Source of the DNA: Porphyromonadaceae bacterium
GTDB taxonomy: Bacteria > Bacteroidota > Bacteroidia > Bacteroidales > UBA12481
Reading direction: 5' to 3'
DNA: 64,000 bases
Assembly (NCBI GenBank): GCA_007280905.1
Contig: QYQM01000022.1
Coordinates: forward strand, 2,603-66,602
The notes under the pieces were generated by a model. The model made no database searches and was not told the origin of the DNA. It saw only the letters and a list, made by a program, of their open reading frames with translations. Each line of letters starts with the position of its first letter. Within the stretch, counting starts at the first letter, position 1. Position numbers and translations under genes: made by a program. Positions 48,914 through 60,500 of the stretch are shown here, piece by piece.

Positions 48914-49387
48914 GTGATAGAGAGGAAGCACATAGAAGATATTGCTAAAGAGGCACTTAAGGAAACTAAAATTTTCCTGGTGGATGTTATAGTAAATAGG
49001 AGCAACGTGATCCAGGTTTTTATCGACCATAACGATGGAATCTGTTTGGATGATTGCGCCGGATTGCACCGGGGTATTGAGGAGCAGTTAGACCGCGAGC
49101 AGGAAGATTTTGAGCTCCAGGTTTCTTCGCCGGGATTAGGTCAACCTATCCGGGTGTTTCCTCAGTATCTCAAGGCTCTGGGACAGAAGCTGGAGATCAC
49201 CTTGCAAGATGGCGATATTATTAAAGGCACCTTGCTGGAAGCCAGGCCGATTGAAACGGACAAAGAGGCTGAGTTAGTCGTCCGCCAAACAGGGACCAAA
49301 AGAAAACCGGCACCAGAAGAGCCAATCGTTATTCAAATTAACCGGATAAAAACGGCGCGTATTGAAATAGATTTTAAACAGGTGTAA
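48914..49387 (+). CDS. rimP: ribosome maturation factor RimP
   Basis: RimP-like sequence (IFLVDVIV...VFIDHNDGICLDDCAGLHRGIEEQLD...LQVSSPGL). The GTG start at 48914 gives a family-typical 157 aa. The tracked ATG 48797 would read through the leader hairpin. Confidence 0.8.
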   Translation: MIERKHIEDIAKEALKETKIFLVDVIVNRSNVIQVFIDHNDGICLDDCAGLHRGIEEQLDREQEDFELQVSSPGLGQPIRVFPQYLKALGQKLEITLQDGDIIKGTLLEARPIETDKEAELVVRQTGTKRKPAPEEPIVIQINRIKTARIEIDFKQV

Positions 49388-49398
49388 ACAGTTAGGCC

Positions 49399-50634
49399 AT
49401 GGAAAGTATAAACCTCATTGATACGTTTTCGGAATTCAGGGAACTTAAGAGCATTGACAGGACGACCATGATGAGCGTTCTCGAGGATGTTTTCCGGAGT
49501 ATTCTGATCAAACGATTCGGTACGGATGAGAATTTTGATATCATTATTAACGTAGACAAAGGCGACTTTGAAATCTGGAGAAATCGTGTTGTAGTGGCCG
49601 ATGGCGAAGTTGATGACTCGAACCTGAAAATCTCACTCACCGAAGCAAAAAAGATTGATGATGATTATGAAGTTGGGGAAGACGTTACAGATGAAGTTAA
49701 ATTGGAAGATTTTGGCCGCCGGGCTATCCTTTCACTGCGTCAGAATCTGACATCCCGCATTTTGGAACTGGAGAAAGACCATGTTTACAGTAAGTACAAA
49801 GATAAAATCGGGGAAATAATCACAGGAGAGGTGTACCAGGTTTGGAACCGTGAAATTCTGATTCTGGATGATGAGGGCAATGAACTGATTCTGCCGAAAT
49901 CTGAGCAGATTCCTTCGGATTTCTTCCGCAAAGGTGATACACTGCGGGCAATTGTGATAAAAGTGGATATGCGGAATAACAGCCCTGTCATTATTTTATC
50001 GAGGACAACCCCTATATTCCTTCAGCGACTGTTTGAACTCGAGGTCCCTGAGATTTTTGATGGGTTGATCACGATAAAAAAAATTGTAAGGATTCCGGGT
50101 GAACGTGCCAAGGTTGCCGTTGAATCCTATGACGAACGGATCGATCCGGTCGGTGCGTGCGTGGGAATGAAAGGATCCAGGATACACGGTATTGTCAGGG
50201 AGTTGCGCAACGAGAACATCGATGTAATCAACTATACTGCAAATATCCAGTTGTTTATCCAGCGTTCGCTGAGCCCTGCCAAAATCAGCTCCATTAAACT
50301 GAACGAAGAGGACCATCGAGCTGAAGTTTTCCTGAAACCTGAAGAAGTTTCACTGGCCATCGGAAAAGGGGGACTGAATATCAAGCTGGCCAGCATGCTT
50401 ACTGATTATGAAATTGATGTTTTCCGTGACGTTGCCGGTGCTGAAGAGGATATTGACCTCGAAGAATTCGCAGATGAAATTGAAAACTGGATTCTTGATG
50501 AGCTGAAAGCAGTTGGATGTGACACTGCCCGCAGCGTATTGGATTTATCAGTACAGGAACTGGTAAAACGCACCGATTTAGAGGAAGAAACTGTCAAGGA
50601 GGTTATGAAAATCCTCCGTTCAGAATTTGAATAA
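49399..50634 (+). CDS. nusA: transcription termination/antitermination factor NusA
   Basis: N-terminal domain, then S1 (GEIITGEVYQV) and two KH domains (GACVGMKGSRI, AIGKGGLNIKLA). Confidence 0.93.
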   Translation: MESINLIDTFSEFRELKSIDRTTMMSVLEDVFRSILIKRFGTDENFDIIINVDKGDFEIWRNRVVVADGEVDDSNLKISLTEAKKIDDDYEVGEDVTDEVKLEDFGRRAILSLRQNLTSRILELEKDHVYSKYKDKIGEIITGEVYQVWNREILILDDEGNELILPKSEQIPSDFFRKGDTLRAIVIKVDMRNNSPVIILSRTTPIFLQRLFELEVPEIFDGLITIKKIVRIPGERAKVAVESYDERIDPVGACVGMKGSRIHGIVRELRNENIDVINYTANIQLFIQRSLSPAKISSIKLNEEDHRAEVFLKPEEVSLAIGKGGLNIKLASMLTDYEIDVFRDVAGAEEDIDLEEFADEIENWILDELKAVGCDTARSVLDLSVQELVKRTDLEEETVKEVMKILRSEFE

Positions 50635-50639
50635 AACAT

Positions 50640-53600
50640 ATGTCAGAGGTAAAACGATTAAGCAGGGTTGCGAAAGAATGTAATGTTGGGATTCAGACTA
50701 TCGTGGATTTCCTTCATAAAAAGGGATTCGACATAGAAAACAGTCCTAATGCCAAAATTCCGCCTGAGGCACTGGTTCTGGTTATGAAGGAATATCAGAA
50801 TGACCAGGCAGCCAAACGTGAAGCAGTGCAATTCAAGGAGGAACATAAATACGAATCCCGAACCACTATTTCTATTGAAGATACACCAGCCCAGCAAGTC
50901 GAAGAAGAGGTCGAGCAAGAAGAAGTGCTTCTGATTCAGGATAGCAGGGGTTCATCAATATTCGATTTGGATCAGGATGATTCCAGGCGCGAAAAACACG
51001 AAAAGAAAGAAGAGTCCGAAGTTATTGCAGTACCGATTGACAAACCGGTTGGGCCAAAGATTGTTGGCCGGGTTGATCTTGAAAAACCAAAACCGAAAGT
51101 CAAACCAAAACCCGAACCAAAGCCGGAAGCTGTCCCGGAGCCTGCAGTTGATCATAAACCAGAACGAAAGCCGGTGACTTTGCCGGTTCAGGAAGTTGGA
51201 CCCAAGATTGAGCACAAGCCTAAGCAAAAACCTCAACACAAGCCGGTTCCGGCAAAAGAAGAACCTGTATCTGCAGTGGTTGACCAGGAATCTGAACCGG
51301 TTGCGAAGCCGGCTAAACCGATCGGAAAGGGGCCTGCAGCATCAGTTGAACCAATCATTGAGCCCATTCAGGAAGAACAACTCCAGCCGGAAATTAAAAA
51401 AGTTCCTGAAGAAGAAGTCATTACCCATACTACCCTGGCTAAGGATTTATTGGTAGATTTTAAGTTTGTCGGAAAGATTGATATTGATTCTTTGAATCAG
51501 AAAACAAGGCCTTCCAAAAAATACAACAAGGAGAAACCGCAGCTGAAACAGGTAAGGGGGGCTAAAGAATCCAGGTCCGCTCCGACTCCGGCAATTAAAA
51601 AGGATCAGAAACCAATACCTCAGGTTGAAGGTCCGCAAAAAGAACAAAGCAGTGATGCACCTATCCACAGGATCGTGGTTAAAAAGGCTTCGGGTCCTGC
51701 TATTATTGGCAAAATCGCTCTGTCACCCGACGGCGATCGTCGCAGGGAAAAGGTTGTAATTGAAGGTGCCGGCGATGATTCTCTGAAAAAGAAAAAAAGA
51801 AAACGTATCCGCAAGGATCGTGTGGCAGTAGTTGGACCAGCTGCTGAACGCGAAGCAACCAAAGTGATTAAGAAACCTACCAGGGTTAAAAAGAAAATCG
51901 GAAAAGTTGAGATTTCGGAAGAAGATGTACAGCGCCAGATTAAAGACACATTATCAAAAATAACCCCGAAAGGTAAATCCAAAGGGTCAAAATACCGTAA
52001 GTCGAAGCGTGAGCTGAACCGCCAATCGTTACTTGCAGATGCTGACCGCGACGAACAGGAAAGCCATGTTATCAAGGTCACTGAGTTCGTTACCGCTAAT
52101 GAACTTGCCAGCCTGATGAACGTTCAGGTGAATGAAATTATTTCGACCTGCATGAGCCTGGGCCTTTTTGTTTCGATTAATCAAAGGCTGGACGCTGAAA
52201 CCATCTCCGTGGTTGCCGACGAATTTGGTTTTGAGGTGGAATTCATCAGCGTTGAAATTCAGGAAGCTATTGAGCAGGAATCAGATAAAGAGGCCGATCT
52301 TAAACCGCGCCCACCTGTGGTTACCGTCATGGGTCATGTCGACCATGGAAAAACATCCTTACTCGACTATATCAGAAAAACAAATATTATTGCCGGTGAA
52401 GCCGGAGGAATTACCCAGCATATCGGAGCCTATAAGGTTGTTCTGGATAATGGAAAAACCATCACTTTCCTCGACACGCCGGGTCACGAGGCCTTTACAG
52501 CCATGCGAGCCCGTGGTGCGCAGGGAGCTGATATGGCTATCATTGTGATCGCTGCCGACGATGCGGTAATGCCGCAAACAATCGAGGCAATCAACCATGC
52601 TGCCGCTGCCGGTGTTCCTATGGTATTCGCCATCAATAAGATCGACCGCGAAGGTGCAAATCCTGAAAAAATCAAGGAACAACTGGCTGGGATGAATTAC
52701 CTGGTTGAAGACTGGGGCGGCAAATACCAGTCACAGGAGATATCTGCAAAAAAAGGTATCGGTGTTGCTGAATTGTTGGAAAAAGTGCTCCTGGAATCGG
52801 AAATGCTTGACCTTAAAGCAAATCCTGAAAAAAATGCCTTGGGAACTGTGATTGAATCCTCGCTGGATAAAGGCCGTGGATTCGTAACGACTATCCTTGT
52901 TCAGGGCGGAACACTGCAGGTGGGTGATATTGTTTTGGCCGGCAGCTATTTTGGCAAGGTGAAAGCCATGTTCAACGAACGCGGTGGAATCATAACGATT
53001 GCCGGGCCTTCAGAACCAGTATTGATTCTCGGGCTTAACGGAGCACCTCAGGCTGGTGACAAATTCCATGTCCTGGAATCGGACCGCGAAGCACGTGAAA
53101 TTGCCACCAAGAGGGAGCAGCTCCAGCGCGAGCAGGAATTGCGTACCCGTAAACATATTACTCTCGATGAGATCGGCAGGCGTATCGCCATTGGCAACTT
53201 CCAGGAACTCAATATCATTGTTAAAGGTGATGTTGATGGATCCATTGAAGCCCTTTCGGATTCACTTATCAAACTCTCAACCCCTGAAATCCAGGTTAAT
53301 ATCATCCATAAAGCGGTTGGACAGATTTCCGAAAGCGACATTTTACTCGCAACTGCATCCAATGCCATCATTATAGGATTCCAGGTCCGGCCTTCATTGA
53401 ATGCCCGTAAGCTGGCCGAAAAAGAGGGCATCGAGATCAGGCTGTATTCCATCATTTATGATGCCATCAATGAACTCAGGGCAGCTATGGAAGGGATGCT
53501 AAGTCCCGAAATAAAAGAAGAAATCACCGGGACCCTTGAAGTTATGGAAGCCTTTAAAATCACCAAGGTGGGCACCGTTGCAGGCTGTATCGTACGGGAT

Positions 53601-53813
53601 GGCAAGATTTACCGGACTTCCAAAGTCCGCATAATCCGCGATGGTATTGTAGTTTATGATGGATTGCTTGGCTCGCTAAAACGGTTCAAGGACGATGCAA
53701 AAGAGGTTGTCTCAGGATTGGAATGCGGTTTGAATATCGACAATTACAACGATATCAAAGTAGCAGACATCATCGAAGCTTATACGAGCAAAGAGGTAAA
53801 GAAGACGCTATAG
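50640..53813 (+). CDS. infB: translation initiation factor IF-2
   Basis: G-domain motifs [20 protein letters not shown] and NKID. A long Lys/Pro/Glu-rich N-terminal region is present. Length is 1057 aa. Confidence 0.95.
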   Translation: MSEVKRLSRVAKECNVGIQTIVDFLHKKGFDIENSPNAKIPPEALVLVMKEYQNDQAAKREAVQFKEEHKYESRTTISIEDTPAQQVEEEVEQEEVLLIQDSRGSSIFDLDQDDSRREKHEKKEESEVIAVPIDKPVGPKIVGRVDLEKPKPKVKPKPEPKPEAVPEPAVDHKPERKPVTLPVQEVGPKIEHKPKQKPQHKPVPAKEEPVSAVVDQESEPVAKPAKPIGKGPAASVEPIIEPIQEEQLQPEIKKVPEEEVITHTTLAKDLLVDFKFVGKIDIDSLNQKTRPSKKYNKEKPQLKQVRGAKESRSAPTPAIKKDQKPIPQVEGPQKEQSSDAPIHRIVVKKASGPAIIGKIALSPDGDRRREKVVIEGAGDDSLKKKKRKRIRKDRVAVVGPAAEREATKVIKKPTRVKKKIGKVEISEEDVQRQIKDTLSKITPKGKSKGSKYRKSKRELNRQSLLADADRDEQESHVIKVTEFVTANELASLMNVQVNEIISTCMSLGLFVSINQRLDAETISVVADEFGFEVEFISVEIQEAIEQESDKEADLKPRPPVVTVMGHVDHGKTSLLDYIRKTNIIAGEAGGITQHIGAYKVVLDNGKTITFLDTPGHEAFTAMRARGAQGADMAIIVIAADDAVMPQTIEAINHAAAAGVPMVFAINKIDREGANPEKIKEQLAGMNYLVEDWGGKYQSQEISAKKGIGVAELLEKVLLESEMLDLKANPEKNALGTVIESSLDKGRGFVTTILVQGGTLQVGDIVLAGSYFGKVKAMFNERGGIITIAGPSEPVLILGLNGAPQAGDKFHVLESDREAREIATKREQLQREQELRTRKHITLDEIGRRIAIGNFQELNIIVKGDVDGSIEALSDSLIKLSTPEIQVNIIHKAVGQISESDILLATASNAIIIGFQVRPSLNARKLAEKEGIEIRLYSIIYDAINELRAAMEGMLSPEIKEEITGTLEVMEAFKITKVGTVAGCIVRDGKIYRTSKVRIIRDGIVVYDGLLGSLKRFKDDAKEVVSGLECGLNIDNYNDIKVADIIEAYTSKEVKKTL

Positions 53814-53865
53814 TAAAAAAGGTGAGGGCGTTAAGGATGATTTTACAGATTGCCAGAGAACTATT

Positions 53866-53879
53866 TGGCCTAAAGGCCA
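53866..53879. repeat. hairpin tggcc-taaa-ggcca
   Basis: Read directly in the infB/gcvH convergent spacer. Confidence 0.45.
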
Positions 53880-53903
53880 TAATACTCTGATTATCATTGC
53901 AAT

Positions 53904-53923
53904 CCACTAGCTTTAGCTAGTGG
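53904..53923. repeat. hairpin ccactagc-ttta-gctagtgg
   Basis: Perfect 8-bp stem with a 4-nt loop. Its 3' arm overlaps the motif gtggcaact (53920-53928), which repeats at 53960-53968. Confidence 0.55.
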
Positions 53924-53992
53924 CAACTAATAAGGGGCACACTGGTAGTTGAAACTGTTGTGGCAACTGATATAGCACAATTCATGTTGGCA

Positions 53993-54008
53993 TCCCGATA
54001 AATCGGGA
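53993..54008. repeat. hairpin tcccga-taaa-tcggga
   Basis: Perfect 6-bp stem with a 4-nt loop. It is followed by cctcgcttcgct, which resembles the tcctcgctt 5' ends of the tadA-flanking elements. Confidence 0.5.
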
Positions 54009-54024
54009 CCTCGCTTCGCTCAGC

Positions 54025-54056
54025 ATCAGCAAATCAGCAAATCATCACATCATCTT
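54025..54056. repeat. tandem octamer tract, 4 x ATCAKCAM (atcagcaa atcagcaa atcatcac atcatctt)
   Basis: Read directly. Confidence 0.55.
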
Positions 54057-54089
54057 ACAATCTCTCCCCAACCCCTAACCAATCTTTAA

Positions 54090-54467
54090 TTAGCCTATTA
54101 GTTTAGCGTAGGCAGCTGCGTCGAGCAACGTAGAAAGCTCTGAGGAATCAATTACTTTAATTTTCAACATCCAGCCTTCGCCGTATGGATCTTTATTTAC
54201 GACTTCCGGGCTTGTTTCCAAAGCGGGATTGATTTCGAGTACTTCACCAGATACAGGCATGTACAGTTCTTCAACAGCTTTTACGGCTTCAATATTCCCG
54301 AAGGCTTCCCCTTTAGCCAGTGTTTCACCAACTGTTTCAATTTCCAGAAAAACAATATCACCGAGGTTCGACTGAGCATAATCGGTAATACCAATAAATG
54401 CAAAATCACCTTCAACGCGGATCCATTCGTGATTCTGGGTGAACTTTAAATTCTGAGGTACGTTCAT
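54090..54467 (-). CDS. gcvH: glycine cleavage system protein H
   Basis: Lipoyl-lysine motif GNIEAVKAVEELY. Length is 125 aa. Confidence 0.93.
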   Translation of the reverse strand: MNVPQNLKFTQNHEWIRVEGDFAFIGITDYAQSNLGDIVFLEIETVGETLAKGEAFGNIEAVKAVEELYMPVSGEVLEINPALETSPEVVNKDPYGEGWMLKIKVIDSSELSTLLDAAAYAKLIG

Positions 54468-54521
54468 GGTTTATATTTCTTTAATTAGATTTCTCATTGC
54501 TGGTCCAAATGTAAAAAAAGC

Positions 54522-57500
54522 CTAGATATTGGTCAAGGTAAATCTCAGGTTAAAACCAATCTTGGTGTTGGACGTTGGATATGAGGTAACAACAATAGGT
54601 TTATTGACCACCTGATCATAATAGAACCGCAGTTCAAACCTGGTGCTCAACCGATAGCTTGCGGTAAATTTAGCAGTTACAACAGTCTGACCTGATGTGG
54701 GTATATTGACCTCCTCCTCGAGTTTACGCATGATCATTATGTTGTTTCGAATCGACAAGTCGAACCGGAGATCCAGGTCGGACTGGAATTTTCTTTGATT
54801 TAAACCTGTTTTTATGGTAATCGGTACTTCCTGGAACCGGTAACCGGTTCCGATAACCAATTCATCCGAGCGGTTTTCCATCAATTGATTGTTGTTAAGG
54901 CTCAACGTGAGGTTTCTGTTTTTTTTCACTTCAACCCTGGCCTGCAAACTATTCTGCATGGTGGCATCAAATCCGATCAGAGGGCTGAGGGATTCGGTGA
55001 TGTTGATACTTCCGATTTCACGTTCCGGGAGGAAGTTTTCCTGTACATCCCGCACATAATTCAATCCATCCTGTACATCAGGATCATAGTACAAATTGGT
55101 GGTATAGGATCCCACTGAATAGGTGCTCCGGTATGCATGGTTAAGGTTGAACTGTTTCAGATATTTCTTAACAAATTCCGAACGCTGAAGGCCGCCATAT
55201 TGAATCTTCCAGTTAGGCATCATGTTCATGACTCCGGGCATTGCATCAAGGCTGACAAGGTTGGCACTCTTATTGGAATAAGCTGCCATAAATGCCGGGA
55301 TAAGGACATCCAGGGATGTGGGCCCATATCCATCAGCATAGCCGGGAACCGTGCCGGTATTCGGATCATAGGCCGGACTACCCGTAACCTGTTTACCCAA
55401 TCGCTGCTCAGCCAACCGTTTTGAAATAATCACCCGGTTGTTTTTAAAGGTTTCAAAAGTGGCCGATTGGTAACCATTCCCTGCCTTCAGTTTCTCGAAA
55501 GCAGAGCCGATGGACAGGATTGTCATGTTAAAGTTCCCGCGGTACATGGCGTTTGCAGCAGTGAACTTGCCTTTATCACCGTAAACATAGAATTGTTCAA
55601 GATTACTGCTGGATGAATGGGCAGCCTCGATGGTAATGCGCAAATCACTGAATGGTTCAATGTTTGATGAAAACCTCCAGGATTGGTTTAATGCATTGGT
55701 GTAAGCCTCATGAAGCGTTGAATCGGTTGTGAGCCAGCCATTCTGAGCTGCATAATCACCAAACCCAATATCCTGCATTCCCAATGCAAACCCAAATCCG
55801 GGAGCCATTTTCCCGCCTGTGTTCTTCATTCCAAAAAGTTTTGGTTCGGGCATGAATCCCGGCAGGACAGTTCCGTTATCACTCGTAAAATAAAGGGACA
55901 AATTCTTAATACCCATCAATATCCGCAGGAAATTGTCAGTGACAAAAATAAACGGATTATCCTTTACCTCAACAGTACCTTCCACCTCGATCCGTCCACC
56001 GTCTATATCCTTATCGGAGGTCACCTTAATACGCCGTTCATTAATCACTTCGGTTTCAAGCTCAATCACCCGGTTGTTCTGGTCAAGGAATTTTATTTTG
56101 ACATCCGAACTCATCAGATCATGAACAATTACCTTTCCTACTTTCGCTTTAAGGCTTATCTTATCTGCCTCAAATTTAACTGTTTTAGTAGGTTTCGCCT
56201 GTGTGGCTGACTGGCGGCGCTTATATTTATCATCAACCTTTTTCAGGTAACCGATTTTATTATAAAGAGATTGCAGAGAGGCGGTTCCGTTTAACTGAAA
56301 ATTGCCATTGTTCTGTATGGTGTTACCCAACCGGATGGTATCGGCAGTGATAGGTCCGGCTGCCCAGTCATATTCAATACGATAGGCTGCGTTAGCCGTT
56401 AACCAGTTGAAAAGAGGCAACTTATTGATCGGTATCGAATAGGAGGCATTGATAGAATGATGGTATTGTATTGGCCGGCCAAAAGCCACAATATTGTTCC
56501 AGATACTATCGCGTTTTTGTTGATAATCAGCGTCTCCACGCCTTATGGCGCCGTCAGGCTCATCAATCCGTGCGATATTGGAATTGGAAAAATCAAGCTT
56601 CAGGTTTCTGGTAAGATCCCACTTAATATCAAAATTCCGATTCCAGTTAAAGTTCTTGTTAAAGGTCGGTTCAATCTTCATTTCCGGATTAGCGACGTTA
56701 CGCAGCTGCATTTCGCTATATCTGCGGGCCATATTGGTACGGAAGCTCATCATCATCGGCTGGTAATACAGATTGAAATCCTTGATTAGTTTAAAGGCAG
56801 GTTTATCCAGCTTGGAAGATTTCTTAAAGGGTTCCCATGGTTTCAGATTATTGGCTGAATAGACATAGTTTAAACCGCCATTGTAATTCTTGTTCAGATT
56901 AGACTCTGTTTTAATGTTCCGGGCAAAAGCTTCCGTATAAGAATAGGATAACGACCAGTTTGAAATGCTCCAGATTTTGGGATCCCTGCGTCGCGAAGCA
57001 GATCCGGGTTCGATCCGGATATTATTGAAATTGAGACTCTTTCGGCGATTATAATCCTGCGATATGTATAGAATTGAATCCTTCACCTGTTTGTTCTTTG
57101 CATTATCCAGTGCAGCCTGCAGGGGTATATCCGGATCCATTGGATTATACTGGGGATTCCGCATCATCTCGGAGAACGCAATGTACATAGGCAACTGAAC
57201 TCCTGCATCCTTCGGGAAAAATTTCCCCAGCTGAAGACTGGAGGATATATCATACTGAGTAATTTGCTCGCGGCTGCGGTCGTTGACCTTTTTGTCGATG
57301 CTGCCGAATCCCGGTACACTTGTATTACCGGCCAGCGAAAGGTTACCGAGATCGGCCAGGTTTGCGGAAAGACGGCCGTTAGCTGCCCAGCCTCCTGCTT
57401 CATCAAAATCAGTAAGACGAAGCTCGTTCATCCAGATAATAGCTGTTTTTGAGAGGCCATCGTCATTAGCGGTATTGCCTCCGCGAGCCGGGTTGCGAAT

Positions 57501-60500
57501 ACCGATCATGATAGTCCGCACATTACTCAGGTTCGGATTCCCAACGAGGATGATCCGGTTGTTCCCATCGTTTTGAATATAATGGGTTTCCAGACTAATA
57601 TCGGATCCTTCCAATCTCATCGCATCGTTTCGTGCCTGTTTCAATTGTTGAAAAACTGCCAATTCGATATTAAAGCCGTTTTCATCCGGCCAAACGATGG
57701 TACGGTCGGATAAATTGAGCTGATCATATTTCGTAGGGGGGTGCAAGTGCGGGGTCAGTTTCAGCGGGACTTCATATTCGTAATAGTTCTGGGTATAATC
57801 GGAACCGATTCGTATAAAGGCGCGGAGGTCGCCGTCACGAAGCTGGGTTTCATCTACAGCCTCTGCATGGACGAACATCCGGAGACGTTTATACTGACGC
57901 ATATCAATCCGTTGATTGGTATAAGCAGCACGTGCATCACCATCTTCAAGATCGGTGACCTTAAGTTCGATTGCCTGCTCATTCTTTTGTATCATCTGTG
58001 GATTTGACGGGTCGGTTGTCCTCACAATACCCGGAGGCAATACATAATTCACCGGGTAACGGCTGCCGTTTTCCTCAATGCTTACGGCTGACACCTCAAA
58101 TTTCCCGCGGGTATACTCGGGGGTGCTCAATTGTTCGCCGCCTTCCAGCAGACTGAGATTGTATTTTCTCCATTCTCCCCTAACCAGTTCGAGGGTAGCA
58201 AAACGCATGATCACCGGTTCGCCGAATCCCTTCAGGAACATCCTGATAAACCGAATCGATTTAAAATCCTGTATGCTGCCTATTACTTTCTCAGGTTCAT
58301 AAATCGGAACCTTAAACTGATACCAGGTAACCGGATCTCCCTGATCGTTCTTCCCGACAATAGCATCCGTAACATAATTCCGGCCTATCTGGAAATCTTG
58401 CTTGCGCAAACTGACCTTATACTGAAAATAGGCTTCCGATTCATTCAGTGTATTATCAAGATTAATATCCTCCACATCAGGAAGGGAGGTTGATTGAGTG
58501 GGATAAGGTTCGGTAGACTGCTCGGCGGTTGCGGAGTTACCTTCGAGTCCGTTGAATTTCTTATATCTGTTGAGAATGCCCAATTGAACAGCATCATAAT
58601 CGCTTCCCCGGAAATAATGGTAATCATCTCCGGATGGATCAGCCAGGAATTCCTGATATCGCTCCGAAGCCGGGTTGATTACCTGCTGGAGCGAATCGAG
58701 ATACTTTGCATAGAACGATCGTTCATCATCGTCACTCAACCCGTCTAACCCCACATCCTGAAGCTTTCTGGCGTTGACATCGTTGTCGAAAGCATTGACA
58801 AAGGATTGTGTTACCGGCACCCTGCCCCATGCGGTAGTATCAACATAGTTTAAGGTATTGCCCCCGCTGAGTCCGTTTTCAAAGGCTTTCCGGCCGTCTT
58901 TCAGAATATCTTCCGAGATATTACCCAGATTGAAGTAGAGTGATGGATCCAAATCGTCGCGGGTAATTTCCTTTTTGGCATCTTCCACATAAGGATTCAT
59001 CAGCCAAAACTCAAGATATTCAACGTTGGCTTCCTCAAAATCATTTGTGGTGAGTTTGGCCATTACGCCACCCCAACGTTCCTGAGGAGAACGAAGGTAA
59101 CCCTGGTCATCGAGTCCGGCGGAATACCTTGAACCACGGATATCATAATTGTAAGGGCCTCTTTCATTGGGGTAAAAGGCCAGATTTAACACTTGCAGAG
59201 AGACCGGTATATTGTTCGGACTCTCTTTATAAGGGAAAATTTCCTGCGCCTGGATCTCCCTGGTAAAATGGCTATTCTGCTCAGCCGGATTATTTGCAAT
59301 ATGACTGGGCGTTGCAGAGTTATTTCGCAGGAATAAAGGATCGATATGGTACCAGGCGAGTTTGGCACGGTTGTAACCATAGGCAGGATCGTTACTTAAA
59401 GAAGCCTCCGGGAATAATTCAGGCTGACCGGCAGGTGTACTGGCGAGTACCCAGGATTGACGCTGATTTAAAGTAAAGCTGGTTTCACTGCCTTCGAAAT
59501 CATCTATCAGGGCTTCGCCCTCTTTTGAACCACTTGGATTGATCACCCTTGAATGCCCCGGAATCAGATCTGCAAACTCCCCGCTGAAAGTTATGATCGA
59601 CTTCTCCTTGGTCTGGATCAGCGGAAGCTTGTCGATTAACCGGGTTAGCCAGGGAGCTTCTTTACGATAGTTGGTATTGAATCCCCAGATGGTATTCGAA
59701 ATCGGTATATCCTGGAGTGTTACCTTATTGGTCAGTGGACGTTCGGTCAGATGAAGAATCGTTCCACCCACGTTGATATCCTTGTTGAAGCGATATTCAA
59801 GGTGAGTGCCCACCATGGCTTTTGATTGCACAGCAAAGGCTGATTGATCTTCCAAAGAAATTTTTATCGGGGTACCTGACTCAAGAAGGCCCTGGTTGAT
59901 AATCTTGACGGTTCCCATGGTGTAATCCACGGTGTAGTCGGAGTTCTCAGTCAGCTTCATCCCACCGGCGGTAACCACAACGCTCCCTTGCGAAATGTTT
60001 GAGGCGTTCAGGCGAATTTCAGAAGAGGAAGAGGATTTGAAAGATCCCCGCATCAGGAATTTATTTTTTTCAGCTGTCTGTTTCGCAACGGTTTGAGTTT
60101 GAGTATAGAGTTCCTCAAAAACATACCGGTCCGCGATCGTCTTATTATCCGGGTTGCCACCTTCGATTTTTTTCCGGAGATAAGATCCAAAAGGTTCCAG
60201 TATCGGGAAAATAATCCGGCCCTTGGTTGCATTGACTGTGACCTGGTCAATAAAGTCGAAAATTCCGTCGGGCTGAGGATCCCGCTGGGAGTTCAGGTTA
60301 TCGAGATTTAAAACACTCAGCAGGATTTTTCCATTGATAGCACCTTCAGGGATGTAGTTAATGGCATTGCCGGTTTTATCGTTCTGATAAAGAATATCTA
60401 AAACAAATTCCTCCTTGTTCAGGCGGCTGCTCCCGATCGAATAAATATTCTTCATCATCAGGTCCCAGGTTGGTAAAAGAGGTGTTTGGTTAGTCCCTTT

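Noticed and set aside
50900-51900. Lys/Pro/Glu-rich low-complexity segment with KPKPxxKP-like periodicity in infB
   Set aside because: It is the usual poorly conserved N-terminal region of long-form IF-2. It is in frame and continuous with the G-domain, so it is not an insertion or a separate element.
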